Origin: Actinomycetota bacterium
Lineage (GTDB): Bacteria > Actinomycetota > Acidimicrobiia > Spongiisociales > UBA4744
NCBI GenBank assembly: GCA_013152275.1
Contig: JAADGS010000057.1
Span: 1-50,659, forward strand
Direction: 5' to 3'
DNA: 50,659 nt
Every line of letters begins with the position of its first letter. The stretch's first letter is position 1. Of the stretch, positions 29,154-38,968 are shown one piece after another. A model generated the notes under the pieces. It was not told the DNA's origin and did not search any database. It was given only the letters and a program-made list of their open reading frames with translations. Position numbers and translations under genes: made by a program.

Positions 29154-30280
29154 CTCATCCTCGTGTCGCCGTCGGTCTCGGGTTGGGCACATCCCCACCT
29201 ATCTGGCGACCCCGTGCGTTGTTGCGTCTGGCGAGGGTGATGCGTCTGCATTCGGCGTGGACCGTCGACCACTTTCTCGGCTTCTTCCCACAGCAGATCT
29301 GGAATCGGGACTTGACCTGGACTGCCCGTCCGGGCTCGAGTCCACACGAGTACTTCGATTATCAGGTCCTCCTTGGCCATCTCGCCTCTCGGGCGGGGAA
29401 CGTTCGCCTTGGAGTTGGGGTGACCGAAGCGTTGCGACGGCACCCCGTGTTGATCGCCCAGACGTTCCTGTCACTGTCGCACCTGACGAGACGGCCCCCG
29501 ATCCTGGGGATCGGAGCGGGGGAGCGAGAGAACCTCGAGCCGTACGGAATCTCCTTCGAGCAGCCGGTCGGTCACCTCGAAGAGGCGTTGCAGATCATTC
29601 GGCTGTGCTTCCGGTCGCGAGGCCCGTTCGATTATTCCGGGAAACACTATCGGCTCGACGGTGCCGTGATGGACATACAGCCCGGCCGAGGCGGCGTACC
29701 GGAGATCTGGATCGGGGCGCACGGTCCGAAGATGCTCCGGTTGGTCGGAACGTACGGCGACGGCTGGTATCCGAGTGTCCCGATGACGCCGGACGACTAC
29801 GGCACGAGGCTCGCGACGATTCGGTCCGCAGCCGAGGCGGCCGGACGCGATCCGGACGCCATCACACCGAGTGCGCAGCTGATCGTCGTGCTCGGTCGAA
29901 GTGAGGAGCATGCCCGCTCCCTGCTGGACAGCCGGGCGCTGCGGTACCTGGCGCTGATGGCCCCCGCGTCGCTCTGGCGAGCACACGGCGCTCCGCACCC
30001 CTTCGGTGACGGCTTTCGTGGATTCATCGACCTCGTTCCCCAGCACCTCACCGCCGGCGAGATCGACGGTGCCTTGACGTCGGTTCCGAGATCGGTGCTC
30101 GAGGGTGCGATGTTGTGGGGGACTCCCGAACGCGTGCTGGAGGGCATCAGGGAGCTTGCAGATGCCGGCATGCGCCACGCCGTGCTGTCCCCGGCGTCCG
30201 CGCTGGTGTCACGTCGCGATGCGTTGTTCTCCATGCGGGCGGTGCTCGGTCTGATGCGCCGCCTGCAGAACGGATACTGA
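29150..30280 (+). CDS. LLM-class (probably F420-dependent) oxidoreductase, Rv2951c-like
   Basis: VDH, GVTEALRRHP, LGIGAGERENLEPYG, PEIWIGAHGPKML, GDGW; ATGA overlap. Confidence 0.85.
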   Translation: MTHPRVAVGLGLGTSPPIWRPRALLRLARVMRLHSAWTVDHFLGFFPQQIWNRDLTWTARPGSSPHEYFDYQVLLGHLASRAGNVRLGVGVTEALRRHPVLIAQTFLSLSHLTRRPPILGIGAGERENLEPYGISFEQPVGHLEEALQIIRLCFRSRGPFDYSGKHYRLDGAVMDIQPGRGGVPEIWIGAHGPKMLRLVGTYGDGWYPSVPMTPDDYGTRLATIRSAAEAAGRDPDAITPSAQLIVVLGRSEEHARSLLDSRALRYLALMAPASLWRAHGAPHPFGDGFRGFIDLVPQHLTAGEIDGALTSVPRSVLEGAMLWGTPERVLEGIRELADAGMRHAVLSPASALVSRRDALFSMRAVLGLMRRLQNGY

Positions 30281-30427
30281 GCGGCGGAGCCGGGCTGCGG
30301 CCGGCGGCACGTCGTGGTCTTCCGAAGCTCGATGGCACGGCCGGCGACATGTGTTGTCCCGCAGTCGTCTGGCGACGGTGTCGGTTCTGCCGAATACCCG
30401 ATACGGGCGGGCATGGAGGGTCGATGC

Positions 30428-30492
30428 TATGGTGATTTCTCGATGATCAACTCATCGAACGTGCAGTAAGCCGCCCGAGGGGCGGCCTTTTC
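30428..30492 (+). promoter_or_regulatory. Candidate attenuator leader of the uracil permease
   Basis: TG-C-TATGGT extended -10; hairpin tcgatga/tcatcga; then gccgccc-gag-gggcggc-cttttct before the RBS. Confidence 0.5.
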
Positions 30493-30510
30493 TATGGAGG
30501 GAGGAGCATC

Positions 30511-31725
30511 GTGGAGTTGACCACCGAGAAGAAGCTGGTGTTGGGCGCCCAGCACACTGTCGCGATGTTTGGAGCGACGATCCTGGTTCCGCTGCTCACC
30601 GGTCTGGATCCGGCCGTCGCGCTGCTTTCGGCCGGACTCGGGACGCTGATCTTTCATCTGCTGACGAAGCGTATGGTGCCCGTGTTCCTGGGATCTTCGT
30701 TCGCGTTCATCCCTCCGATCGTCGCTGCACGTGACGGCGGGTATTCGTGGGCGGCGATCGGCGCCGGCATCGTGGGCGCCGGCATCATCTACGCACTCAT
30801 GTCGCTGACCGTGAACTTTGTGGGGAGTGCACGGGTCCGCCGCCTGTTCCCGCCGATCGTGACAGGACCGGTGATCGCGGTGATCGGGATCACACTCGCT
30901 CCCACGGCGGTGGGGATGGCCTCGGGGCACTGGTGGCTGGCGATTGCGACGCTTGTCGGAACGATCGTGGCGGCGGTGTGGTTCCGTGGCCTGTTCAAGA
31001 TGCTTCCGATTCTCAGCGGCCTGGTGTTCGGCTATGCGGTCGCGGTCCTTGCCGGCGCGGTCGATTTCACTCCCCTCGAGAAAGCCGCGTGGATCGGTCT
31101 GCCGAACTTCACCTGGGCTTGGCAGGATGTCCAGTGGGGCGCAATCGTGCTGATCGCACCGGTCGCGTTCGTGACGATCATCGAACATGTGGGCGATATT
31201 CTCACCAACGGGGGCGTGGTCGGTAAGGACTTTTTCAGAGAGCCGGGCTTGCATCGAACCCTCATCGGCGACGGTGTGGCGACGCTGCTGGCGGGGTTCA
31301 TCGGCGGCCCTGCCAACACGACCTACTCCGAGAACACCGGTGTGCTGGCGGTCACCGGCGTGTACGACCCGGCAATCCTGAGAATCGGCGCAGGCTTCGC
31401 GATCGTCCTCGGATTCATCCCGAAACTGGCAGCGCTTCTCCAGACGGTCCCGGTGGCCGTACTCGGTGGGCTGTCGATCATCCTCTTCGGGATGATTGCG
31501 TCGATCGGCATGCGCACATTGGCCGACGCACAGGTCGATTTCACACACAGCCGGAACCTGATCGTCGTCGCCCTGATCCTGGTGCTCGGCCTCGGAGTCA
31601 CCGGCCTCGACGAGGGGATCGTCTGGTTTGGCGTCAAGATCTCGGGGCTGGCGCTTGCCGCCGCCGTCGGCGTCGTCGCCAACCTCGTGCTGCCCAAAGA
31701 GATGGACGTCCCGGAGAGAGTGTGA
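30511..31725 (+). CDS. uraA: Uracil/xanthine permease (NCS2 family)
   Basis: GAQHTVAMFGATILVP, FLGSSFAFI, EHVGD, NTTYSENTG. Confidence 0.9.
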   Translation: MELTTEKKLVLGAQHTVAMFGATILVPLLTGLDPAVALLSAGLGTLIFHLLTKRMVPVFLGSSFAFIPPIVAARDGGYSWAAIGAGIVGAGIIYALMSLTVNFVGSARVRRLFPPIVTGPVIAVIGITLAPTAVGMASGHWWLAIATLVGTIVAAVWFRGLFKMLPILSGLVFGYAVAVLAGAVDFTPLEKAAWIGLPNFTWAWQDVQWGAIVLIAPVAFVTIIEHVGDILTNGGVVGKDFFREPGLHRTLIGDGVATLLAGFIGGPANTTYSENTGVLAVTGVYDPAILRIGAGFAIVLGFIPKLAALLQTVPVAVLGGLSIILFGMIASIGMRTLADAQVDFTHSRNLIVVALILVLGLGVTGLDEGIVWFGVKISGLALAAAVGVVANLVLPKEMDVPERV

Positions 31726-31800
31726 CACGCCGGCGTGAGCCCAACCGCGCCGCGTCGTGGACTGCCCAAGGGGATGGATGTCCCAGAGGGGGTGTGACTC

Positions 31801-33417
31801 TCACTCCAGCGCCTGTTCCTGGGAGCGGGACTCCTTGCGCCGAGTCTCCGGCAACAGCCAGCTCATCAGGAAGCCGATGAAGATGATCAGCGCACCGGTG
31901 AGACTCGACCGTCGAGCCGAATCCGAGAGCGCCTTCTCGAGGACGGGAACCAGCGGCGCCGCGTCCGGGCGCTCCCTCAGGCCCACCAACATCTGTCCCG
32001 CCGACTCGCGAAACCCGTCGGCGATCACGACCCGACCCTGCTCGGGGACCTGTGGAACCGAGGCGAGTCCGTCCTCGGCGAGGGATCCGAGTGACACGGC
32101 GAGCACGGTGCCGAGCAGCGCGATGCCGAGAGCGGAACCGATCTGACGTGATGTGGACTGTATCCCGGAGGCCTGGCCGGACTTGGATTTGGGAACGTCG
32201 GCGAGGATCACGTTGGTGAGTTGTGCGGCCGCGATGCCAACGCCGAGCCCGTAGACGAACAGTGCTGGAGCCAGCTCGAGGCCGTGGACTCCCGGGCGGA
32301 GCTGGAGCGACGCCACGACCACCGCCACCGCCTCGAGGAACATCCCGATCGAGACTGCTCTTCGTGGACCGATCTGGACGGCGACGTACGCGGCCACAGG
32401 TCCGCCGATAAAGGCCCCGATCGCCAGGGGGAGGAGTGTGAGTCCGATGTGAAAGGCGCTGTAGCCGAGCACGCCCGCCATGAACAGCGGGAGAACGAAA
32501 ACGAGACCGAATTCGCCGAAACTGCGGGTTGCGGCGACGAGATTGCCGTAGCGAAAGCTCCGTAGGCGAAAGAGGGAGGTATCGATGAGACCTCGGCTTC
32601 CCCGGCGCTGTTCATTCGATTCGTGGATCACGAATCCGAGCAGCATCACCACGGCCACGGCGAAAGCGACGGGCACGGGGGACAGAACGTTGCCCGGCCA
32701 GCCGAGTCCCGCGATCTGGAACGGCTGCGTCGGATGCAGCCATCCGTGGCGCGGCCCTTCGATCAAGGCGAAGACGAGGCTCGCCAGGCCGGTTCCGATC
32801 AGGATCACGCCTTTGAAATCGAAAGCCCTGACAGCGTGTTCGTCGCGGCTTTCGCTCACCCAGAGGATCGTCCCGATCCATACCATCACACCGATCGGAA
32901 CATTGATGTAGAAAACCAGACGCCAGGAATAGCTGCTTGTGAGCCATCCGCCCAAGAGTGGACCCAGCGCAGCCATCCCACCGATCACCGATCCCCACAC
33001 GCCGAACGCGATACCCCGTTCCCGGCCGCGAAATGTCGCGTTGACCATCGACAAGGCGGCCGGCAGTGTCAATGCGCCTCCGAGTCCTTGGAGGAACCGT
33101 GCTCCGATCAACCAGCCTCCGCTGCGCGAGAGGCCGGCGAGCATGCTGGCCAGGACAAACGTCGTGACGCCGACTCGAAAGAGCTTGCGACGTCCCTCCA
33201 GATCACCAAGACGACCGGCGGTGGTCAGCAAGGAGGCAAAGACGAGGACGTAAATCGTGTTGATCCACTCGGCTTCCGCCAGATGGATTCCGAGTTCCTC
33301 GATGATCGTGGGGAGGGCGACGTTGATGACCGTCACGTCCACGATGATCATGGAGACCCCCATGGCAAGGGTTGCGAGGGTGAGCCAGCGTGTTGAAGGG
33401 CGTGTTTCCGACACCAT
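31801..33417 (-). CDS. DHA2 (14-TM) MFS efflux transporter
   Basis: DVTVINVALPTI, GRLGDLEGRRK, GPLLGGWL, INVPIG. Confidence 0.92.
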   Translation of the reverse strand: MVSETRPSTRWLTLATLAMGVSMIIVDVTVINVALPTIIEELGIHLAEAEWINTIYVLVFASLLTTAGRLGDLEGRRKLFRVGVTTFVLASMLAGLSRSGGWLIGARFLQGLGGALTLPAALSMVNATFRGRERGIAFGVWGSVIGGMAALGPLLGGWLTSSYSWRLVFYINVPIGVMVWIGTILWVSESRDEHAVRAFDFKGVILIGTGLASLVFALIEGPRHGWLHPTQPFQIAGLGWPGNVLSPVPVAFAVAVVMLLGFVIHESNEQRRGSRGLIDTSLFRLRSFRYGNLVAATRSFGEFGLVFVLPLFMAGVLGYSAFHIGLTLLPLAIGAFIGGPVAAYVAVQIGPRRAVSIGMFLEAVAVVVASLQLRPGVHGLELAPALFVYGLGVGIAAAQLTNVILADVPKSKSGQASGIQSTSRQIGSALGIALLGTVLAVSLGSLAEDGLASVPQVPEQGRVVIADGFRESAGQMLVGLRERPDAAPLVPVLEKALSDSARRSSLTGALIIFIGFLMSWLLPETRRKESRSQEQALE

Positions 33418-33467
33418 GTCGGAAACACGATAGTGGACCCCGCCCGATTACGGAAACCGTGACAGAC

Positions 33468-34433
33468 TCACGTTGCATCGATTGCGGCAATCGCCCAGGC
33501 GAGCCCTTCCTCGGGATCCTCGATGGCGAGATGCAGGGTCCAGCCTGTGGGAGGGAACAGGTCGGACCACGCATACCAGCGCAGGCGTCGAGCATGCTCT
33601 CCGAGTAGCGTCGGGTCGGGAGGCCACTCGGCGTCCGTCAACGCTGCGATCGTCCACCACGCGGCGAAGCGCCCGGCGGCAGCTCCTCGTCTCCGACCAT
33701 GCGCCCCACCACTCGCTGCCGCCCAAGCCATCGTGGCGAGCCCGAGATCGGGGCCGACCTCGGCGATCCGGGCCCTTCGAAGTCCGAGAGCGGCCAAGGC
33801 CATCCGCGCCGTTCCCCGGACGGCAATGGTGTCGCACCGTCCATTGGATTCTTCGGTCCATGGGGTCGTGAGTCCCGCGAGTGCTTCAAGGGACTCCGGG
33901 TCGTCGAGGGGGTCGGGAGCGGGGGGGAGTGTGATCTCGGCCATTGCCGGCAGGTCGGGGGGTGGGAACTCTGCACTGCGGTGGTGGTAGGTGGCAGCGG
34001 GGTAGGAAGGTTCCCAGGGTTCGAGTCGCAGAGGGATCTCGAGCACGGTGTCGTCGACGACGCCACGGAGGTCCTCGCCCCGGACGACACGTTCCTGGGC
34101 AACGACCGACTTGGTAGGTCCTTCGGACAGATAAGGCTCGAGATCGTCCCAGGTGTGGGTCGAAGCCGCGACCTCGGCGAGCGGTCCGATCGTGAACTTC
34201 CCGGCTCCCACCACGACAACGGGACCTGCCCACCGCCCTGGTGACTCGAGCGCGAGGCGGTAATCGATGTGCTCTGCGATTCCCCAGAGTTGCTTGCCGC
34301 TGTCCACGGCGTGCAGACAGCGGTCTTTCAACTCGACGAGGTCGTTCCAGGATTCGTCTTTGCAGAGGTGATCGACGACGCGCAGCAACTCGTCGAGGTT
34401 TCCACGATCGACTGCGGCAGCGAGAGTGCTCAT
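33468..34433 (-). CDS. Conserved-looking hypothetical protein
   Basis: Long ORF with -10 TATCCT 6 nt before the ATG; motif AASGGAHGRRRGAAAGRFAAWW; no function recognised. Confidence 0.7.
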   Translation of the reverse strand: MSTLAAAVDRGNLDELLRVVDHLCKDESWNDLVELKDRCLHAVDSGKQLWGIAEHIDYRLALESPGRWAGPVVVVGAGKFTIGPLAEVAASTHTWDDLEPYLSEGPTKSVVAQERVVRGEDLRGVVDDTVLEIPLRLEPWEPSYPAATYHHRSAEFPPPDLPAMAEITLPPAPDPLDDPESLEALAGLTTPWTEESNGRCDTIAVRGTARMALAALGLRRARIAEVGPDLGLATMAWAAASGGAHGRRRGAAAGRFAAWWTIAALTDAEWPPDPTLLGEHARRLRWYAWSDLFPPTGWTLHLAIEDPEEGLAWAIAAIDAT

Positions 34434-34570
34434 CCCTGCAGGATATCGAGATTGGATCGGTCGACGGTCCCCGTGTCTCGGCGTGTGTTTCGGTCCGTGT
34501 CTCGGCCAAGCAACCTCTGTGCCGTTCCGGGAGCCGGGGACACCGTCTGCCGAGCACTAATCTCGCCACG

Positions 34571-35320
34571 ATGCAGCTTCTCGATCCTCTGGCCGCGCCC
34601 TTCCTCTTTGAAGGGACCAATGGTGAGGGAGTGCTGCTCCTGCACGGTTTCACCGGCACGCCGGCGCACTTCCGCATGATGGGCAAGTTCCTCACCGAGC
34701 GCGGCTACACCGTGCATGCGCCGCTCCTCGCCGGCCACGGTACGAGTTTGGAGGAGATGGACCGAACGACGCGTCGCGACTGGGTGCAGAGTGCTCGGGA
34801 TGGGCTGGCGCTGCTATCAGGGTCAGCGCATGTCCACCTGGTCGGTCTCTCGATGGGCGGGCTGATCTCGTTGCTGCTCGCAGGACAGGGCGAGGTGGCA
34901 TCCATTACGACGATCGACACACCGGTGAAACTCTGGGACCGCCGCGATCCGCTCGTGCACATTCTCAAGCACGTGGAGCGATTCCACTCCTGGAACGGGC
35001 CCGAGGACCCTCCGCGCGGTGAGGCGGCCAGATACTTCATCCAATACGACGGGTTTCCCTTGGGCGCCGCATCGGAGCTGTTGCGCTTGAAACGTGAGGC
35101 GTTGCGGCATCTCGATCGGGTGCACGCGCCGGCGTTGATCATTCAGTCACGTGCCGACGAAACGGTGCGACCGGAGAGCGCAGTCATCCTTGCTCGCAGG
35201 CTCGGCTCATCCCGCAAGCGGATCCTGTGGCTCGAGCGCCACAACGCGCTGCTCGACACGGAGCGCGACATCATGGATGAGGCCATCCTCGAGCACCTCC
35301 GCTCCACCCAACCCAGCTGA
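34571..35320 (+). CDS. Carboxylesterase (alpha/beta hydrolase)
   Basis: LLHGFTG, GHGT, GLSMGG nucleophile elbow, DETV, terminal His. Confidence 0.9.
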   Translation: MQLLDPLAAPFLFEGTNGEGVLLLHGFTGTPAHFRMMGKFLTERGYTVHAPLLAGHGTSLEEMDRTTRRDWVQSARDGLALLSGSAHVHLVGLSMGGLISLLLAGQGEVASITTIDTPVKLWDRRDPLVHILKHVERFHSWNGPEDPPRGEAARYFIQYDGFPLGAASELLRLKREALRHLDRVHAPALIIQSRADETVRPESAVILARRLGSSRKRILWLERHNALLDTERDIMDEAILEHLRSTQPS

Positions 35321-35441
35321 ACCCAGGGCTCAGGGGGGTCGCCACGACGCATACGAGCCCAGGGTTCAGGGGGGTCGCCACGACGCATACGAGCCCTGGG
35401 TTCAGGGGGGTCGCCACGACGCATACGAGCCCTGGGTTCAG
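35317..35441. repeat. Three tandem 36-bp units bounded by a 15-bp inverted repeat
   Basis: Unit ccagggYtcaggggggtcgccacgacgcatacgagc; ends ctgaacccagggctc / gagccctgggttcag. Confidence 0.9.
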
Positions 35442-35788
35442 TGGTCCGTGTCGTCAGGCGGTTCCGGCTGGGAGGTCTTGCGGACGCTGTCGACCGCCCG
35501 ATCGAGCGCCTCTCCAACCTGAGCGAAACTCGTTCCGAGCGCATCGAGGAGTGACTTGGCTGCGTCCTTCGCGCTCTGTTGTACCTCTGGATCCCTGATA
35601 GCGTTCCCAACCGACGTCAATGCCGTATCCAAGGCATCGGTCACAGTGTGGAGCGCGTCACGGACTTCCTGTTCCGACGGAGTGGCGTCACCCTGATCCT
35701 TCGTGGCGCGGTACTGGTCTCGAAATGCATACCCGAGATCTCGGAATTCTGCGGCGACGGTCTGCCAACTGTCTTCCATTTCACCCAT
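35438..35788 (-). CDS. Small helical hypothetical protein
   Basis: AAGGAGG RBS; amphipathic helical 116-aa ORF downstream of the ABC operon. Confidence 0.7.
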   Translation of the reverse strand: MGEMEDSWQTVAAEFRDLGYAFRDQYRATKDQGDATPSEQEVRDALHTVTDALDTALTSVGNAIRDPEVQQSAKDAAKSLLDALGTSFAQVGEALDRAVDSVRKTSQPEPPDDTDH

Positions 35789-35818
35789 GATCGAGTCCTC
35801 CTTCGTCTCGACTTGATG

Positions 35819-36613
35819 CTACCGATCCTGCACCTGGCCGTTCGATCGGACCGGCACGACCACCAGCCCCCCGGATCCGTCATCGAGGATGCGCACGGTC
35901 GCCCCGAAATGCCGCGCGATGACCGATTCCTGCAACACCTCTCGCGGTGTCCCGTCTGCGATGACCTCTCCTGCGGAAAGCAGCACGAGGCGGTCACAGA
36001 ACTGTGCAGCGAGGGTCAGGTCGTGCATCGCCGAGAGCACCGTCAGGGTCCGTTCTCTCCGAAGGCGATCGATGAGGGCGAGCACTTGGAGTTGGTGACC
36101 GACGTCGAGGGCGGACGTGGGCTCGTCGAGAAGGAGCAGAGAAGCCTCCTGGGTGAGTGCCCGAGCCAGGACGACTTGCTGTAGCTCCCCGCCGGAGAGT
36201 TCCCCGAGGAGTCGGTCGGCGAACTGCTCCATGGTGAGCGAGGCGAGTGCCGTACGTGCCACGGCGACATCGTGATGTCCTTCCACACCCAGATAGGAGA
36301 TGTGCGGGCTCCGTCCGAGGAGCACATAGTCGAAGACCCGCATGTCCGGTGGGGATGCAGGGCGTTGGGGAACGAGTGCCGCCAGTTGTGCACGGGCCGA
36401 TCGAGACAGGTGGGTGACATGTCGGCCCGCGAGCGTCACGGTCCCCGTGGACGGAATCGTGCCGTGGACCGCCCGCAGCAAGGTGGTCTTCCCAGCGCCG
36501 TTCGGACCGATCAATCCGACCCACTCTCCTCTTGCCGCCGAGAGGTCGACACCGTCGAGGATCGTGGTCTTGCCGAGAACCACGCGGAGACCTTCGACCG
36601 TCAAGCCGTTCAT
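35819..36613 (-). CDS. btuD: Cobalamin/iron-chelate ABC ATP-binding subunit
   Basis: GPNGAGKT, LSGGE, LLLDEPT, MHDL; under a cobalamin riboswitch. Confidence 0.82.
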   Translation of the reverse strand: MNGLTVEGLRVVLGKTTILDGVDLSAARGEWVGLIGPNGAGKTTLLRAVHGTIPSTGTVTLAGRHVTHLSRSARAQLAALVPQRPASPPDMRVFDYVLLGRSPHISYLGVEGHHDVAVARTALASLTMEQFADRLLGELSGGELQQVVLARALTQEASLLLLDEPTSALDVGHQLQVLALIDRLRRERTLTVLSAMHDLTLAAQFCDRLVLLSAGEVIADGTPREVLQESVIARHFGATVRILDDGSGGLVVVPVRSNGQVQDR

Positions 36614-37602
36614 CGCAGGCCTCTCGATGTCCGAAGTACGAGCACGAAGAACGGCGCGCCGAGAAAGGCGGTGACAACTCCGATCGGCAATTCGGCAGGG
36701 CTGAGTGCCGTGCGTGCGACCACGTCGGCGACGATGAGGAACGCCGCTCCGAGCAGCGCCGAGAGCGGAAGGATGACGCGATAGCTTGCACCGGTGACCA
36801 ATCGAACGGCGTGCGGGACGATGATCCCCACGAAGCCGATCAGCCCGCCGACTGCAACGGCGGCGGCGGTGCCCAAGGTGGCTGCGGTCACCACGAGTAG
36901 GCGCACACGACGAACGGGAACACCGAGGGCAGAGGCCTCTTCGTCTCCGAGCGAGAGGACGTCGAGCATCCGACGGTGGAGCAGGATCACCACACCACCG
37001 ATCGCCACGTACGGGAGGATGAGGAGCACTTCATGCCATCCGCTCGTCGAGAGCCTTCCGAGAATCCATGCGTAGACCTCTCGGAGTGTGCTGGAGTTGC
37101 GCTGCTGGATGTACGTCTGTAGAGCGGTCAGAAAAGACGCGACCGCAACGCCCGCCAGGATGAGACTCGTATCCGTGCGACGTCCGACCGTTCGCCCAAG
37201 CACGTAGGTCATGAGAACTCCGCCAACGGCGCCGGCAAACGCAGCGATCGGGACGACGGCGCCGGTGGCCGAGGACCCGGCCGCGATGGCGAGTGTCGCG
37301 CCGAGACCCGCACCGGCCGCGACACCCAGCAGGTACGGGTCGGCCAGCGGATTGCGGAACACGCCCTGATACGCGGCTCCGGCAAGGGCGAGGATCGCTC
37401 CGACGAGTCCACCGAGTGCCACCCGTGGGAGACGGACGACCGTGAGGATGTCCACCTGGCGATCCGTCAGTGTTGCCGGCACATCGATGCCGGGCAGAGC
37501 ATTCAGGAGTGAGCGCGCCGCCCCAGACACCGGGATGTGTACCGGCCCGATGAGGGAGCCGAGGGCGGCGGCAGCGATGACCGCTGCGACGGCCGTCAGC
37601 AT
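36610..37602 (-). CDS. btuC: Cobalamin ABC permease (FecCD family)
   Basis: VRLPRV, FRNPLADPYLLG, GLIGFVGIIVPH, ELPIGVVTAFLGAPFF. Confidence 0.85.
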   Translation of the reverse strand: MLTAVAAVIAAAALGSLIGPVHIPVSGAARSLLNALPGIDVPATLTDRQVDILTVVRLPRVALGGLVGAILALAGAAYQGVFRNPLADPYLLGVAAGAGLGATLAIAAGSSATGAVVPIAAFAGAVGGVLMTYVLGRTVGRRTDTSLILAGVAVASFLTALQTYIQQRNSSTLREVYAWILGRLSTSGWHEVLLILPYVAIGGVVILLHRRMLDVLSLGDEEASALGVPVRRVRLLVVTAATLGTAAAVAVGGLIGFVGIIVPHAVRLVTGASYRVILPLSALLGAAFLIVADVVARTALSPAELPIGVVTAFLGAPFFVLVLRTSRGLR

Positions 37603-37652
37603 CCCTGCCCACGTGAGCCTGGTGGGTCGGTCGGGCCGGTGCGGGGCTGCGC

Positions 37653-38651
37653 TCAGGGGTGTGTCACCTGTCTTACGGCGTTGGCGATCGTGTCGAGAAA
37701 GTCGACGATTCGCGGTCCCCAGCGTGAGGCCACGTCATCGTCGAGGGCGAACACATTGCCATCTGTCACTGCAGTCAGATTATCCCAGCCGGGCCGTTCG
37801 GCGACCCTCTCCGGGCTTTGGCCACAGCATTTCGTGTCCGCGAGGAAGATCAGGTCCGGGTCTGCATCGAGGATGTACTCGGCTGACAATTGCGGGTAGC
37901 CGAACCCATCGGCATCCGCCGGGTCGGCGATGTTCTCCAATCCGAGCATGCCTACCAGTTGGCCGATGAACGTCGAGGAAGTGACCGAGTAGTAGGTCGG
38001 ATCGAGCTCGAAGTAGTAGGTGAGATTCTGGCCGTCAGGGATGGAGGACGCCGTGTCGAGCAGGATCTGATCGATATCGGAGCTCATCCGATCGACGAGG
38101 TCGAGCGCTTCCTGTTGATGTCCAGTGGCGGTGCCGAGCTGTCCGATCTGGTCATAGACATCCTCGATCGATGCTGCCGCAGGGTCGAGGAGCACGGGAA
38201 TACCGAGAGAATCGAGTGAGGCGACGAGATCTCCGGGATCGAACGTGATCACGACGAGGTCCGGGTCATAGGCCACGATTGCCTCGACGTTGGGGCTGAA
38301 CCCGGTCAGGTCGGTGACTGGTGCCGTGTCCGGATAGTTCGACTGATCGTCGACTGCCACGACCTGGTCGCCTGCGCCGATCGCGAAAAGCATCTCGGTG
38401 GCCGTCGGGGAGAGGGACACGATCGCATTCGGTGTCTCCTGGATCTCCACCGTTCCATTCGCTGCGGTCACGGTTGTCGGGAAGGGACTTGCCAGGGTCG
38501 TTGTCGTTGGCGCCGCCGCTGTCGTCGTCGGCGCCGTTGTTGTTGTTGTTGTCATGGGAGTGGTGGGGGCCACCGCGGTGGTGACAATCGTTCCGGTCGA
38601 GCACGCGCTCACGATGAGCGCGGCTACGACCCCCACAATGGCCTTCCGCAT
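37653..38651 (-). CDS. btuF: Cobalamin-binding lipoprotein
   Basis: Lipobox VSAC; IVSLSPTATEMLFAIGAG; SRWGPRI; AAGGAGG RBS. Confidence 0.85.
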   Translation of the reverse strand: MRKAIVGVVAALIVSACSTGTIVTTAVAPTTPMTTTTTTAPTTTAAAPTTTTLASPFPTTVTAANGTVEIQETPNAIVSLSPTATEMLFAIGAGDQVVAVDDQSNYPDTAPVTDLTGFSPNVEAIVAYDPDLVVITFDPGDLVASLDSLGIPVLLDPAAASIEDVYDQIGQLGTATGHQQEALDLVDRMSSDIDQILLDTASSIPDGQNLTYYFELDPTYYSVTSSTFIGQLVGMLGLENIADPADADGFGYPQLSAEYILDADPDLIFLADTKCCGQSPERVAERPGWDNLTAVTDGNVFALDDDVASRWGPRIVDFLDTIANAVRQVTHP

Positions 38652-38744
38652 GAGAACATCCTCCTTGTCCGGAGGATGAAGTGGACTGCCGGCCTGAGTG
38701 CCGACGAAGTACGCCTTCATCCGAGGGTTCGTTCGTTGCCGCTG

Positions 38745-38845
38745 CGCCAGGCGACCTGGCTCGGCCCCGAGGGAGCCTCACAGTTGCGGGACAGCGCCGG
38801 TTTTCCACCGGACTTCGCTGAACGCTCGCGGCGCCTGCCTCACTG
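38745..38845 (-). promoter_or_regulatory. Cobalamin riboswitch (short form)
   Basis: Minus strand GAAGTCCGGTGGAAAACCGGCGCTGTCCCGCAACTGTGA...GAGCCAGG. Confidence 0.9.
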
Positions 38846-38968
38846 GACAGGCAGGGCGAGCATAGCGCGTACAGTTTGCCGTCGGACTCGGCACGCGCGA
38901 GCGGGTTTCGGTTGCTTTCGTGTCTGGCGGGCGGGACACCCTGGGGGCGACTGACGTACGATGCTCCC

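Noticed and set aside
35317..35441. CRISPR array (36-bp repeats)
   Set aside because: Units are contiguous with no unique spacers and there are no cas genes.
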